A stretch of 64,000 nt of DNA from Hyalangium minutum (GTDB lineage: Bacteria > Myxococcota > Myxococcia > Myxococcales > Myxococcaceae), in contig NZ_JMCB01000017.1 of NCBI RefSeq assembly GCF_000737315.1, forward strand, positions 1 through 64,000, read 5' to 3'. The notes beneath the pieces were generated by a model. That model made no database searches. It saw nothing but the letters and a program-made list of their open reading frames with translations, and was not told the DNA's origin. Positions 20,788 to 30,278 of the stretch are shown piece after piece (within the stretch, counting starts at the first letter, position 1; each line of letters opens with the position of its first letter). The position numbers were made by a program, and so were the translations under genes.

Positions 20788-21322
20788 AACCCGGGAAGCC
20801 CGGTGCGACCTGTGACATCGGGTCGACAATCGACACTTCTCGGCTTTACAGGGCCGTCAAAGGCGTGAAAAACTCCACGTGTTTCTGGACGGTTGTGTGA
20901 CGCCCCGCGTCGGCGGGTCGTTGGGTCCAGGTGACTTTTTGAGACGGGTTGCGTTCTCGGGCTCCTCCGGGCGCGCCGGCTGCACCGATGTCTCCTGTCG
21001 CCCCCCCAAGGCGCCCGCTGATGGGCACCGACCGGGTGCGGAGGGCAGGAGCGGGCAGCCCGCGCGAGTGGAGGGACGAGAACGCTCGGAAGAAAAGGCC
21101 TCTCCCGGCACGGTGCCGGTCTTCAGTGAGGCGCAATGAACTCGGAGGAGCAGGCGGTGTCCCCCTCAACCCCCACCCGCGAGACGCGAGCGACATCTGG
21201 CTCCGCCCTAGCGGGACTTGAGTGGGCCCTCTCTCCCCTTGCAGCGCGCGTGGAAGCGCGAGGCCTCGTCGCCTCCCGTCCGGTGGGGCACGCCCGTCCG
21301 CGCGCGCGTCCAGGATTCGCCT

Positions 21323-24094
21323 ATGGGCAGCATCCTTGTCATCAACACCTCGGGTCGGGAGACCCGGGTCGCTCTCGTCGAGGGCGGCCACATCGCGGAG
21401 TTCTATCTCGAGCGTAAGAAGGACAAAGGCGTCGTCGGTAACATCTACAAAGGCCGTGTCGTCCGGGTGCTCCCGGGCATGCAGGCGGCCTTCGTGGACA
21501 TCGGCCTCGAGAAGGCCGCCTTCCTCTACGTCAGTGACGTTGTCTACGACCCGGACTTCGCCCGCTCGCAGTTCGAGCTGACCGAGGGCGAGCACGAGGA
21601 CTTCCCGGACGTGCCCTCGGAGTCCGAGGCCGAGGCCGCCGAGGCTGCCACCGGAGGCCCAGAGACCGCCACCGCCGCCACCCACGAGGTGGAGTTGGAG
21701 GTGCAGGAACTGGCCCCGGGTGAGCTGGCCCCGCCGCCCCAGGGTGAGCCTGTGACTCCGGTGGAGGCGAAGCCCGCAGCTCCGTCTTCCGAGACGCCTC
21801 CGGGTGGGACGATCATTGCTCCGGTGGACTCGGGTGTTGTCGCCGCCGCGGCGGTGATGACCGTTCCTCCCGTGGTCGATGAGGGCTCGCGGCCCGTTCC
21901 CCCGCCCCTCCCTCCTGCCGCAACGGCCTCCGAGCCCGCCGCGGTGGCTGCGGCTCCGGAGGAGCCCGGCAGCGCTCCCGTGGCCGGCGTTCCTGTGGAA
22001 GCCAGCCCTGTGGCTTCTGTCCAGGAGGCTCTGCCCCCGACCGCGGCTTCGGCGGAGCCTGTGGCGTCCGAGACCGCTCCCGCGGCTCCGGGCTCCGAGA
22101 CTGCTCCCGCCGCTCAGCTCCAGCCCGAGCCGCCGCCGCACGCGGCCACCGCGCTGGGAGAGATCATCCCTTCGCCTCACGCTGCGGAGACTCCTGGCGC
22201 CGCGCCCCGCTCTGACGTCACCACCGGTGAGCGCCGGGCGCCTCGCGAGGGCCGGGACGCCCGTGAGGCCCGCCACCGCGAGCGCGAGAAGGAGCGCGAG
22301 CAGCGGGACAAGGACAAGGCCCGGCGCCAGCGCGACGAGCAGCAGCGCCGCGACAAGGAGGAGAAGTCCAAGGCTCGGAAGAGCTCGCGCATCGAGGACC
22401 TGCTGAAGGTGGGCCAGGAGGTGGTGGTCCAGATCTCGAAGGACCCGATCGGCACCAAGGGCGCCCGCCTCACCTCGCACATCTCCATCCCCGGCCGTCA
22501 CCTGGTGTTCATGCCCACGGTGGACCACGTGGGCATCAGCCGCCGCATCTCCAACGAGAAGGAGCGCAAGCGGCTGCGTGAAATCGTCGACCGCATGCGC
22601 CCGGCGGGCACGGGCTTCATCGTCCGCACCGTGGCGGAGAACGTCCCGCAGGAGAAGCTCGAGACGGACATCCGGTTCCTCATCGAGGTGTGGAACCAGG
22701 TGGTGCGCCGCAACGAGAAGCGCGGCGGCCCGGGCCTGCTGCACCCGGACCTGGACCTCATCCTCCGCGCCACGCGTGACTTGTTCGCGCATGACGTGGA
22801 GAAGCTCGTGGTGGACGACCGCGAGGAGTACGAGCGCATCCTCGCCTTCGTGAACGCGCAGGATCCGGCTCTGAAGGACCGCGTGGTGCTCCACGACACC
22901 GAGGAGCCCATCTTCGACGCGTACGGCATCGAGCAGGAGCTGCAGCGCGCCACCCAGCGCAAGGTGTGGCTCAAGAGCGGCGGCTACCTGATCATCGATC
23001 AGGCCGAGGCGCTCACGGCGATCGACGTCAACTCGGGCCGGTACGTGGGCAAGAAGAGCCTCGAGGAGACGATCACCAAGATCAACGTCGAGGCGGCCAA
23101 GGAGATCGTCTACCAGCTCCGGCTGCGGAACATCGGCGGCATCATCATCTGCGACTTCATCGACATGGAGAAGGCGCAGAACCGCGACAAGGTCTTCAAG
23201 TCGCTCCAGGAGGCGCTGGGGCGCGACAAGGCGAAGACGAACGTGCTGCGCATCTCCGAGCTGGGCTTGGTGGAGATGACGCGCAAGCGCGTGCGCGAGT
23301 CCATCGGCCGCGTGCTCCACGAGGACTGCCCGTACTGCGACGGCAAGGGCTTCGTGAAGACGGCCACCACGGTCTGCTACGAGATCTTCCGGGAGATCCG
23401 CCGCGAGGCCCCCGGCTACAAGGACTCGACGCTGGTCATCAACTGCAGCGCGGACGTGGCGCGGCTGCTCCAGGGCGAGGAGCGCAACGAGCTGCGCCAC
23501 CTGATGGACCGCTACAACAAGTCCATCCAAGTTAAAGCGCAGCAGAACTACCACCGCGAGCAGTACGACATCTACGGCCGCTCTGCCCAGGGCCCCGAGC
23601 ACAAGGTGGCCTCGTCGCCGGGCTCTGGTGATGGAGAGCTGGCGCTGCAGCGCCGCCCGGACAGCGGTGGATCCGGCGATCGGTACCGCCAGGACCAGGG
23701 CCGCCGAGGCGGTGGCCGGGACCGCGACCGGGGCGAGCGCAGTGACCGGGGCGAGCGCAGTGACCGGGGCGAGCGCAGTGACCGGGGCGAGCGCAATGAC
23801 CGGGGCGAGCGCAGTGACCGGGGCGAGCGCAGTGACCGGGGCGAGCGCGGTGACCGGGGCGACCGAGGCCGGCGTCCGGATCAGAACCGGGGCGACCGGA
23901 ACCGCGGAGGTGATCAGCGCCGGGATGATCGCCGGGGTGACCGCGGCGAGCACTCCCAGCGCCCGCCTCAAGCGCCTGCGGGCAACGCGCCCTCGGCCAG
24001 CAGCGAGCCCTCTTCGCCTCCTCCTCCGCCCAGCAATGGCGGTGGGACGAGCAACGGGGGCAACGGCTCGAGCTCGGGTGGCTCCGAGTCCTGA
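21323..24094 (+). CDS. rne: Rne/Rng family ribonuclease (RNase E) with a large S1 insertion and disordered C-terminus
   Basis: GNIYKGRVVRVLPGMQAAFVDIG, KGARLT, IDVNSG, GGIIICDFIDM, Zn-link CPYCDG. Confidence 0.93.
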   Translation: MGSILVINTSGRETRVALVEGGHIAEFYLERKKDKGVVGNIYKGRVVRVLPGMQAAFVDIGLEKAAFLYVSDVVYDPDFARSQFELTEGEHEDFPDVPSESEAEAAEAATGGPETATAATHEVELEVQELAPGELAPPPQGEPVTPVEAKPAAPSSETPPGGTIIAPVDSGVVAAAAVMTVPPVVDEGSRPVPPPLPPAATASEPAAVAAAPEEPGSAPVAGVPVEASPVASVQEALPPTAASAEPVASETAPAAPGSETAPAAQLQPEPPPHAATALGEIIPSPHAAETPGAAPRSDVTTGERRAPREGRDAREARHREREKEREQRDKDKARRQRDEQQRRDKEEKSKARKSSRIEDLLKVGQEVVVQISKDPIGTKGARLTSHISIPGRHLVFMPTVDHVGISRRISNEKERKRLREIVDRMRPAGTGFIVRTVAENVPQEKLETDIRFLIEVWNQVVRRNEKRGGPGLLHPDLDLILRATRDLFAHDVEKLVVDDREEYERILAFVNAQDPALKDRVVLHDTEEPIFDAYGIEQELQRATQRKVWLKSGGYLIIDQAEALTAIDVNSGRYVGKKSLEETITKINVEAAKEIVYQLRLRNIGGIIICDFIDMEKAQNRDKVFKSLQEALGRDKAKTNVLRISELGLVEMTRKRVRESIGRVLHEDCPYCDGKGFVKTATTVCYEIFREIRREAPGYKDSTLVINCSADVARLLQGEERNELRHLMDRYNKSIQVKAQQNYHREQYDIYGRSAQGPEHKVASSPGSGDGELALQRRPDSGGSGDRYRQDQGRRGGGRDRDRGERSDRGERSDRGERSDRGERNDRGERSDRGERSDRGERGDRGDRGRRPDQNRGDRNRGGDQRRDDRRGDRGEHSQRPPQAPAGNAPSASSEPSSPPPPPSNGGGTSNGGNGSSSGGSES
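23726..23860 (+). repeat. in-frame 18-bp tandem repeat (7 copies plus a partial one) encoding (DRGERS)n
   Basis: Unit GACCGGGGCGAGCGCAGT; copy 4 ends in AAT and copy 7 in GGT. Confidence 0.95.
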
Positions 24095-24215
24095 GCGGAC
24101 GCTGAGTGAACCGTCTGCCGGAAGGACTGTCCGGCAGGCGGCCAAGCGAGCGTGTACCCCTGCGGGAGGCTGGCCGAAGGGGCGCTGGATTGGCTAGCCT
24201 TCCCGGCCGCCCCGC

Positions 24216-25598
24216 ATGACCCGACTTCACGCTCTGCTGCAGACCCTGCGCATGATGTTGCTCGGCTCGGCCCAGAGGCTCTGGAAGCCGGTGTCCGAGA
24301 CGTCCGTGGGCCGCTTCGCGACGGACGTGTATCTCGCTGCGCGGGCCTTGGTGCGCGACTTCATGGGGGAGGACATCAGCCTCCGGGCCGCCGCGCTGAC
24401 CTACATCAGCGTCTTCTCGCTCGTCCCGCTGATGACCGTGGGTCTGGCGCTCCTGCGCACCCTCCATCAAGAGGGCTTCGAGCGGCGCATGCGCAGTGCC
24501 ATCTACATGGCGCTCGCCCCGGGCTTGCAGGATGCCTCCACCGAGTTCCTGGACCGCTTCCTCACCCCCACCAACTCGATCGCCATCGGAAGCGTGGGCT
24601 TCGCGGCGCTGCTGTTCTCCGCGTCCTCGCTGTTGCGCAACATCGACGGGGCCGTGAACGAGGTCTGGGGCATCCGGCGCCAGCGCCCCATCTACATCCG
24701 CGCGCTCATCTACCTGGGGCTGCTGCTGCTCGGGCCGCTCTTCCTGGCTGCCTCCTTCTCAGGCACGGGCGCGGTGCGGACGCTGATCGTGAACGCGGGC
24801 TTCTCCATTGCGCCGCAGATCGTCCTGGTCACCACGGCGGGAATGGCCATCGTGGGCCTCACCTTCCTCTACTACTGGACGCCCTATGCCCAGGTGGCGG
24901 TGCGCTCGGCCCTCGCCGGGGGCATCGTCGCGGGCCTGGGCTGGGTCATCACGAAGGAGCTCTACCAGCAGTTCGCCGAGCAGATCTTCCGGTACGACAA
25001 GCTGTGGGGCTCACTGAGCGTGGTGCCGTTGTTCCTCGCGTGGATCCACATCAGTTGGTTGCTCGTGCTCACGGGTGCGCGCTTGTCCTACGCGGTGGAG
25101 CATGCTTCCTTCCGTGACTCGCTCTGGGCCTTTGGCAATCACCCGCGAGCCCTGGAGCTGGTCGCCACGCGCATCGCCACCGAGGCCACCTTGGCCTGGA
25201 CGGACGGACTGCCGGCACCCACCCCGCAGGAGCTGGCCCGGAGGCTGCGCGTCCCCGAGTCTTTCGTCTTCGACGCCATCGACCGCATGACGGAGGCCAA
25301 GCTCCTGGAGCGCGGCCGGAAGGGGGGCGTCCAGCCGGCCAGGGATCCGTCCGACCTTTCCCTGGCGGAGATCTCCAGCTGCATCCACGGCGTCACCATC
25401 CTGGGGGGACCGGAGACCTGGACGGGCCCCCGAGGGGCTTCGGGCTTCGAGCACGTGGAGACCCTCTTCCATTCGGCCGACGCCGCGACCGCGGACGTGC
25501 TGCGCAAGACGAAGTGGAGCGACCTGATCGCCCACCTGCGCCCCGCTCCTGCAACCGCGGCGGCCCCTGGCCCCTCGGCGAACGTGGCCAACGGCTGA
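24216..25598 (+). CDS. YihY/BrkB-family membrane protein with C-terminal Rrf2-like wHTH
   Basis: AAALTYISVFSLVP, AVNEVWG, YDKLWGSLSVVPLFLAWIHISW; soluble HTH-like tail. Confidence 0.8.
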   Translation: MTRLHALLQTLRMMLLGSAQRLWKPVSETSVGRFATDVYLAARALVRDFMGEDISLRAAALTYISVFSLVPLMTVGLALLRTLHQEGFERRMRSAIYMALAPGLQDASTEFLDRFLTPTNSIAIGSVGFAALLFSASSLLRNIDGAVNEVWGIRRQRPIYIRALIYLGLLLLGPLFLAASFSGTGAVRTLIVNAGFSIAPQIVLVTTAGMAIVGLTFLYYWTPYAQVAVRSALAGGIVAGLGWVITKELYQQFAEQIFRYDKLWGSLSVVPLFLAWIHISWLLVLTGARLSYAVEHASFRDSLWAFGNHPRALELVATRIATEATLAWTDGLPAPTPQELARRLRVPESFVFDAIDRMTEAKLLERGRKGGVQPARDPSDLSLAEISSCIHGVTILGGPETWTGPRGASGFEHVETLFHSADAATADVLRKTKWSDLIAHLRPAPATAAAPGPSANVANG

Positions 25599-25637
25599 AA
25601 TCCGTAAGATTTCCAAGAGCTTCGCCATCGTGGCTGC

Positions 25638-25665
25638 TTGCAACAGCGGTTCGTTCTGTTATGTT
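25638..25665 (+). promoter_or_regulatory. candidate SigA promoter of the IHF/HU gene
   Basis: TTGCAA-N16-TATGTT with an extended -10 TG. Confidence 0.4.
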
Positions 25666-25732
25666 TTCTGGATTCGATCACGGGCCTAAGCGCCCTCTAT
25701 CCGAGGGGTCACGCGGTTTGCCGGAGCGTCCG

Positions 25733-26068
25733 ATGCTCAAGTCCGATTTGATCAACATCCTCGTCGCCAAGCGGGGCGTGACGCAGAAGCAGGCCGAGGC
25801 CACCATCGAGACGATCTTCGAATCGATGAAAGAGGCCCTCTGCCGCGGCGAGAACATCGAGATCCGCGGACTTGGCGCCTTCCACGTCAAGAACTACCAG
25901 GGATATCAAGGCCGTAACCCGAAGACGGGTCAGGTCATCCCAGTGAAACCCAAGCGCGGCCTGCTGTTCCGGACGGGCAAGGAGCTGAGGGACCGGGTGA
26001 ACCGGCCGGCTCCGCAGACCGCCCAGCCGGACCTGTCGGATCCGACCAAGGGCAACACCGGCACCTGA
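25733..26068 (+). CDS. IHF/HU family DNA-binding protein (IHF-beta-like)
   Basis: MLKSDLI...IEIRGLGAF...GRNPKTG...F.TGKELRDRVN. Confidence 0.9.
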   Translation: MLKSDLINILVAKRGVTQKQAEATIETIFESMKEALCRGENIEIRGLGAFHVKNYQGYQGRNPKTGQVIPVKPKRGLLFRTGKELRDRVNRPAPQTAQPDLSDPTKGNTGT

Positions 26069-26083
26069 AGCCCTTGATTTCTC

Positions 26084-28174
26084 TCAGGCAGTGACGGCCA
26101 CGGGGGCCAGGCGTCCCAGGGGCCGGATCTGCAGGTCCACGTCCAATTCGGCGTAGGTGAGCACGGCCACCTGGGGGAAGGATCCCTCGATGAGGCGCCG
26201 GAGCGCCCTGCGCACATCGGGCGCCGTGAGGAGCACCGCCTTTCCCTCGGTGGCGATCCGCCGCACCCCCTCGAGGATCTCCGCGACACGTTCGGGCGAA
26301 GGAGCCGGCCCGCGTGGCCCCCCTCCCCGCAGCGCTTCTTCCAGCTCGGGGTCCACGAGGTAGGCGAACAGCGGCCCCGAGGGCGCGAACTTGTGGCTCA
26401 GGTAGCGGTGCAGCGCCTGGCGGCAGCGCTCCGCGAGGGCCGTCGCATCGCCCTCGGTCGTAGGCGAGACGAGCGCCTCCAGGATGACGCGCATGTTCCG
26501 GATGCTCACCTGCTCCTGCACGAGCTTGCGCAGCACCTCAGTGAGCAGCGGCAGCGGGACCTTCTGGAGGGCCTCCTTCGTCAGCATCGGGGCCTGGGTC
26601 TCCAGTCCCTCCAGGAGCCCCTGCACCTCCTGAATGCCCAGGAGGCTCGCGGCGCGGGACCGCAGGATGCTCCGGAAGTGCTCCACGATGAGCTCTCCGG
26701 GCCGGAGGCAGGGAACCTGCGCCATCTCCAGCCGCTCGCGCCCGGACTCCGCCAGGCGGCTGATCGGACGGCCCGTCCAAGGCTCCACTGTAGGCTCCAG
26801 CTTGAGGTCGAGAAACGACAGCTCATCCGGCGGAGAGCGCACGTAGAGGTGGCCCGGCACCACCTGCCCTGCTCCAGCGGGGACCTCATCCAGGAGGATG
26901 GCGTAGCCGCCCTCGGGCAGGTACGCCACGTGGGTCCTGACCCGGATGCCCGGAACCCGGACGCCAAGCTCGTAGAAGAACTCGTCCCGGAGCTGGTTGA
27001 GCAGCTGATGGACAAACGCCCCACCCTGCTCCTGCGCGAGCGCCGTCAAATCCGGCGAGAGGTCCACCGTCAGCGGAGACACGCCAACCGGAGCCGCTGC
27101 GCTCGCGGGCGCCGCTCCTACTCCTCCGCCCTTCGCACCCGCTCCCTCCTCGGGCGCCTGGGACTGGGCCTCCGCTGCCTCCGCCTTCTCTGCGGCCACC
27201 TTCTGCATCTTCCCAAGCACATGCGCGAGCCCACCGAGCAGCCCCCCCAGCCCGAGGAAGGTGAGGAACGGCATGCCCGGCATCAGCGCGAGCGCCAGGC
27301 ACAACCCCGCGACCACCCAAAGGGCCCGGGCCTGCCCGAAGAACTGGGAGCCAATCTCCGAGCCAAGCGAGTCCTCCTCCTTCTCCGACGCCACGCGCGT
27401 GACAACGAGCCCTGCGGCCACCGCGATGCACAGCGAGGGAATCTGGGACACGAGCCCATCCCCGATGGCAATCAGCGCGAAGGTCGAAGCGGCATCAGAG
27501 ACGCTCAGGCCTTGCTGGAAGACACCGATGAGCGTGCCACCCAGCAGGTTCACGGCCACAATGACGAGGCCCGCGATGACATCCCCCTTCACGAACTTCA
27601 TCGCGCCGTCCATGGCGCCGAACATCTGGGACTCGCGCTCGAGGTTGCGCCGGCGCTGGCGAGCCTGTGCCTGATCGATGGCACCCGCGCGCAGGTCTGC
27701 GTCAATGGACATCTGCTTGCCCGGCATCGCATCCAGCGTGAAGCGAGCGGAGACCTCCGCGACGCGCTCGGCGCCCTTGGCCACCACGAGGAACTGGACC
27801 AGCGTGAGGATGGCGAACACCACCGCGCCCACGACGTAGTCCCCGCGCACGACGAACTCGCCGAATGCCTGGATGACCTCACCGGCATGGCCCTCGGCGA
27901 GCGCGAGCCGCGTCGACGACACGTTGAGCGAGAGCCGGAAGAGCGTGGTGAACAGCAACAGCGTGGGGAACGCCGTCACCTTGAGCGCGTCCTGGGCGTA
28001 GAGCGCCGCGACCAGCAGCGCCACCGCCGCCGCCAGATTGAGCGCCAGTCCCATGTCCAGAAGCCAGGGCGGCAGGGGAATGATCAAGGCCCCCAGGACC
28101 GCGGCCATGGCCACTGCGAGCACCACATCCGAAGACTTCCGGGCCTTCGAGAGGATCTTCATCAACTGGTTCAT
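26084..28174 (-). CDS. sctV: type III export gate protein SctV (FlhA/LcrD family)
   Basis: FPTLLLFTTLFRL, EVSARFTLDAMPGKQMSIDADL, GAMDGAMKFVKGD; ATGA overlap with sctU. Confidence 0.95.
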   Translation of the reverse strand: MNQLMKILSKARKSSDVVLAVAMAAVLGALIIPLPPWLLDMGLALNLAAAVALLVAALYAQDALKVTAFPTLLLFTTLFRLSLNVSSTRLALAEGHAGEVIQAFGEFVVRGDYVVGAVVFAILTLVQFLVVAKGAERVAEVSARFTLDAMPGKQMSIDADLRAGAIDQAQARQRRRNLERESQMFGAMDGAMKFVKGDVIAGLVIVAVNLLGGTLIGVFQQGLSVSDAASTFALIAIGDGLVSQIPSLCIAVAAGLVVTRVASEKEEDSLGSEIGSQFFGQARALWVVAGLCLALALMPGMPFLTFLGLGGLLGGLAHVLGKMQKVAAEKAEAAEAQSQAPEEGAGAKGGGVGAAPASAAAPVGVSPLTVDLSPDLTALAQEQGGAFVHQLLNQLRDEFFYELGVRVPGIRVRTHVAYLPEGGYAILLDEVPAGAGQVVPGHLYVRSPPDELSFLDLKLEPTVEPWTGRPISRLAESGRERLEMAQVPCLRPGELIVEHFRSILRSRAASLLGIQEVQGLLEGLETQAPMLTKEALQKVPLPLLTEVLRKLVQEQVSIRNMRVILEALVSPTTEGDATALAERCRQALHRYLSHKFAPSGPLFAYLVDPELEEALRGGGPRGPAPSPERVAEILEGVRRIATEGKAVLLTAPDVRRALRRLIEGSFPQVAVLTYAELDVDLQIRPLGRLAPVAVTA

Positions 28175-29217
28175 GACGTCCGACTCCGTGGACTCCCGTC
28201 CGTGTCTTGAGACTCCATCGCCACCCTCAGCACGACAGCCGCCGCCTGGTAGAGCTCTTCGGGGATCTGCTCCCCGACGTCGTAGTGGATGAGGCTGCGC
28301 GCCAACGGAACGTCCCGAACCACTGGGATTCCGCGGCGTTGCGCCTCCCGCCGGAGCGCGAGCGCATCCGCCTCCTGGCCCTTGGCAACGAGGTAGGGCG
28401 CCTCGCACTCTTGGGTGTCGTAGCGAAGCGCGACCGCGATGTGCGCAGGGTTAACGACCACGGCCGTGGCCTTCTGCACTCCACGTGCCGGGCCCCCCTG
28501 CGCGAGCTGCCGGTGGAGCGCCTTCCGCTGGGCCTTGTGGTGCGGATCGCCTTCGCTCTCCTTGTACTCCCGCTTCACCTCCTCGCGGGTCATCATCAAG
28601 TCCTGGATGTGCCGCCGCCGAGCCAGCGCGTAGTCCGTCACTCCCAAGAGGAGCAGCACCCATGCCAGGCGCATCGCCAGCGGCGCGAGCTGCCCCACAA
28701 GCTGACTGAAGCCCGCGGTTCCCTCGAGCCACACCGCGAGCAGAGCGTCCGGGCCGGTCTTCTCCACCTCGTTCCACACCAGCGCGACGACTACGCCCAT
28801 CACCGCCAGCGCCTTCGCCACCTCGATGAGCGACCGGACGCTAAAGAGTCGCTTCAGGCCCGCGGCCAAGCTGATGCGCTCCAGCTTGGGCGTCACGTGG
28901 TCCAGGTTCAGCTCGAAGCCCACCGTGGCCACGGACACCGTGAAGGACGCAACCAGCGCCCCCCCCAGAGCGGGGCCCGCCAGCCGCGCCCACATCCACA
29001 GTCCCTCTTCCATCCAGGTGGAGGAACTCGGATTCCGCAGCAACTGGGTGGTCCATTCCTTCAGCCGCTCGAAGCCCTCGGGCGCGAAGGCGGTGAGGGC
29101 GAGCAACCCTCCCAGGGTCACCGCGCTGGCGGACAGCAACCGGCTCTTGGGAATCTGTCCCTTACGGCGTGCATCGCGCAGGCGCTTTGCCGAGGGTTTC
29201 TCCGTCTTCTCACTCAT
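28171..29217 (-). CDS. sctU: type III export switch protein SctU (FlhB family); cleavage loop reads NPAH
   Basis: SEKTEKPSAKRL, MTREEVKREYKESEGDP, VVVNPAHIAVALRY, IPEELYQAAA. Confidence 0.93.
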   Translation of the reverse strand: MSEKTEKPSAKRLRDARRKGQIPKSRLLSASAVTLGGLLALTAFAPEGFERLKEWTTQLLRNPSSSTWMEEGLWMWARLAGPALGGALVASFTVSVATVGFELNLDHVTPKLERISLAAGLKRLFSVRSLIEVAKALAVMGVVVALVWNEVEKTGPDALLAVWLEGTAGFSQLVGQLAPLAMRLAWVLLLLGVTDYALARRRHIQDLMMTREEVKREYKESEGDPHHKAQRKALHRQLAQGGPARGVQKATAVVVNPAHIAVALRYDTQECEAPYLVAKGQEADALALRREAQRRGIPVVRDVPLARSLIHYDVGEQIPEELYQAAAVVLRVAMESQDTDGSPRSRTS

Positions 29218-30008
29218 CGCGCCGCATCCCCCATCCACCGCAGCGCCTCATCCACCCCCACCACTCCCGCCAACAGCCGTTCGCAGAGCACCCCGACCCC
29301 GAGCCACACGAGCGCGCCGCCTCCCAGAATCCGCAGCGGCGCGCCCAGGTCCTGGAGATTCACCTGAGGAGCCGCACGCGACGCCATGCCCATCAGGCAA
29401 TCGACGGTCAGCACCGCTGCGGCGATGGGCGCCCCAACCGCCAGCCCTGTCGCCATCGCGCCGCCCGCCAGTGTCACGACATACAGCGCCGCAGCCTCCG
29501 AGGGCACAGCCGCTCCCAACCGCACCACTCCAAAGCCCCGCAGCACCCCGGAGAGAACGAGAGGAAACAGTCCTCCCGTCACCACCAGCGTCACGAGGAG
29601 TTGGTACAGGCCATCGCCAGTGGCCGACTCGCGACTCCCAGCCATGGGCAAGCTGGCTTCAGCGGAGGTGCCTCGAAAGAGATCGATGAACCTCCCACCC
29701 ATCCTCGCCGCATCGAACGGCAGCGCAGCGATGAGCCCCACCGAGGTCCCGTAGACCATCTCCTTGAGCACGAGCGCCCCCAGCGTCACCGGCGTCTCCA
29801 CGGGCGCATCCACTCCCACTCCCGCAACGAGATGCAGGAAGAGCGAGAGGCTCAGCACCAGGGCCAGCTTGACGGTGGTAGGCGCGGACTGCCCGCCCAA
29901 GAGCGGACAGAGAAAGACCACGGGCAGCAAGCGCGACGCACACAGCGCCACCGAGACAATGTGCGGTCCCAGCAGTTCAATCTGGGCACGAAGAAGCTCG
30001 AGGTTCAT
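29214..30008 (-). CDS. sctT: type III export protein SctT (FliR family)
   Basis: Polytopic hydrophobic protein, GRFIDLFRG, RAAPQVN; position in the R-S-T-U-V run. Confidence 0.88.
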   Translation of the reverse strand: MNLELLRAQIELLGPHIVSVALCASRLLPVVFLCPLLGGQSAPTTVKLALVLSLSLFLHLVAGVGVDAPVETPVTLGALVLKEMVYGTSVGLIAALPFDAARMGGRFIDLFRGTSAEASLPMAGSRESATGDGLYQLLVTLVVTGGLFPLVLSGVLRGFGVVRLGAAVPSEAAALYVVTLAGGAMATGLAVGAPIAAAVLTVDCLMGMASRAAPQVNLQDLGAPLRILGGGALVWLGVGVLCERLLAGVVGVDEALRWMGDAAR

Positions 30009-30274
30009 ATCGCCACCTCGGCAATGGCCATGAGCAGCTGGTGGGTGAACCGCGTGAGCTGCCCGGCAATCCATGGCCCTGCGAGCACCAGCGCCAGCAC
30101 CGCAGCGCACAGCTTGGGCACCACGGACAGGGTGCTCTCCTGAATCTGCGTGGTGGCCTGGAACAGGCTCATGACGAAGCCCACCGCCAAGCTCGCACCG
30201 ATGGGAGGCAGGGAGGCGAGGACCATCAGGAGCAGGGCCTCACGGCCGAGCGACAGCAGCACATCCTGGGTCAT
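30005..30274 (-). CDS. sctS: type III export protein SctS (FliQ family)
   Basis: 89 aa, FQATTQIQESTLSVVPKL, GPW. Confidence 0.92.
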   Translation of the reverse strand: MTQDVLLSLGREALLLMVLASLPPIGASLAVGFVMSLFQATTQIQESTLSVVPKLCAAVLALVLAGPWIAGQLTRFTHQLLMAIAEVAI

Positions 30275-30278
30275 GGCA

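Noticed and set aside
20788-21322. rnpB, tmRNA or tRNA in the gap before rne
   Set aside because: No RNase P GAGGAAAGUCC hallmark, no cloverleaf or T-loop motif seen
23726-23860. 18-bp repeat as a CRISPR array
   Set aside because: No spacers, in-frame coding, no cas genes
20846-24145. 1099-aa minus-strand ORF, and similar long antisense ORFs at 10965-12479, 17626-20127, 36805-39078, 40080-42398 and 53705-56401
   Set aside because: Shadow ORFs opposite well-supported genes; high GC3 removes antisense stops; no motifs
23628-24197. Alternative-frame ORF with (VTGASA)n repeats
   Set aside because: Just another reading of the 18-bp repeat inside rne; no RBS or other support
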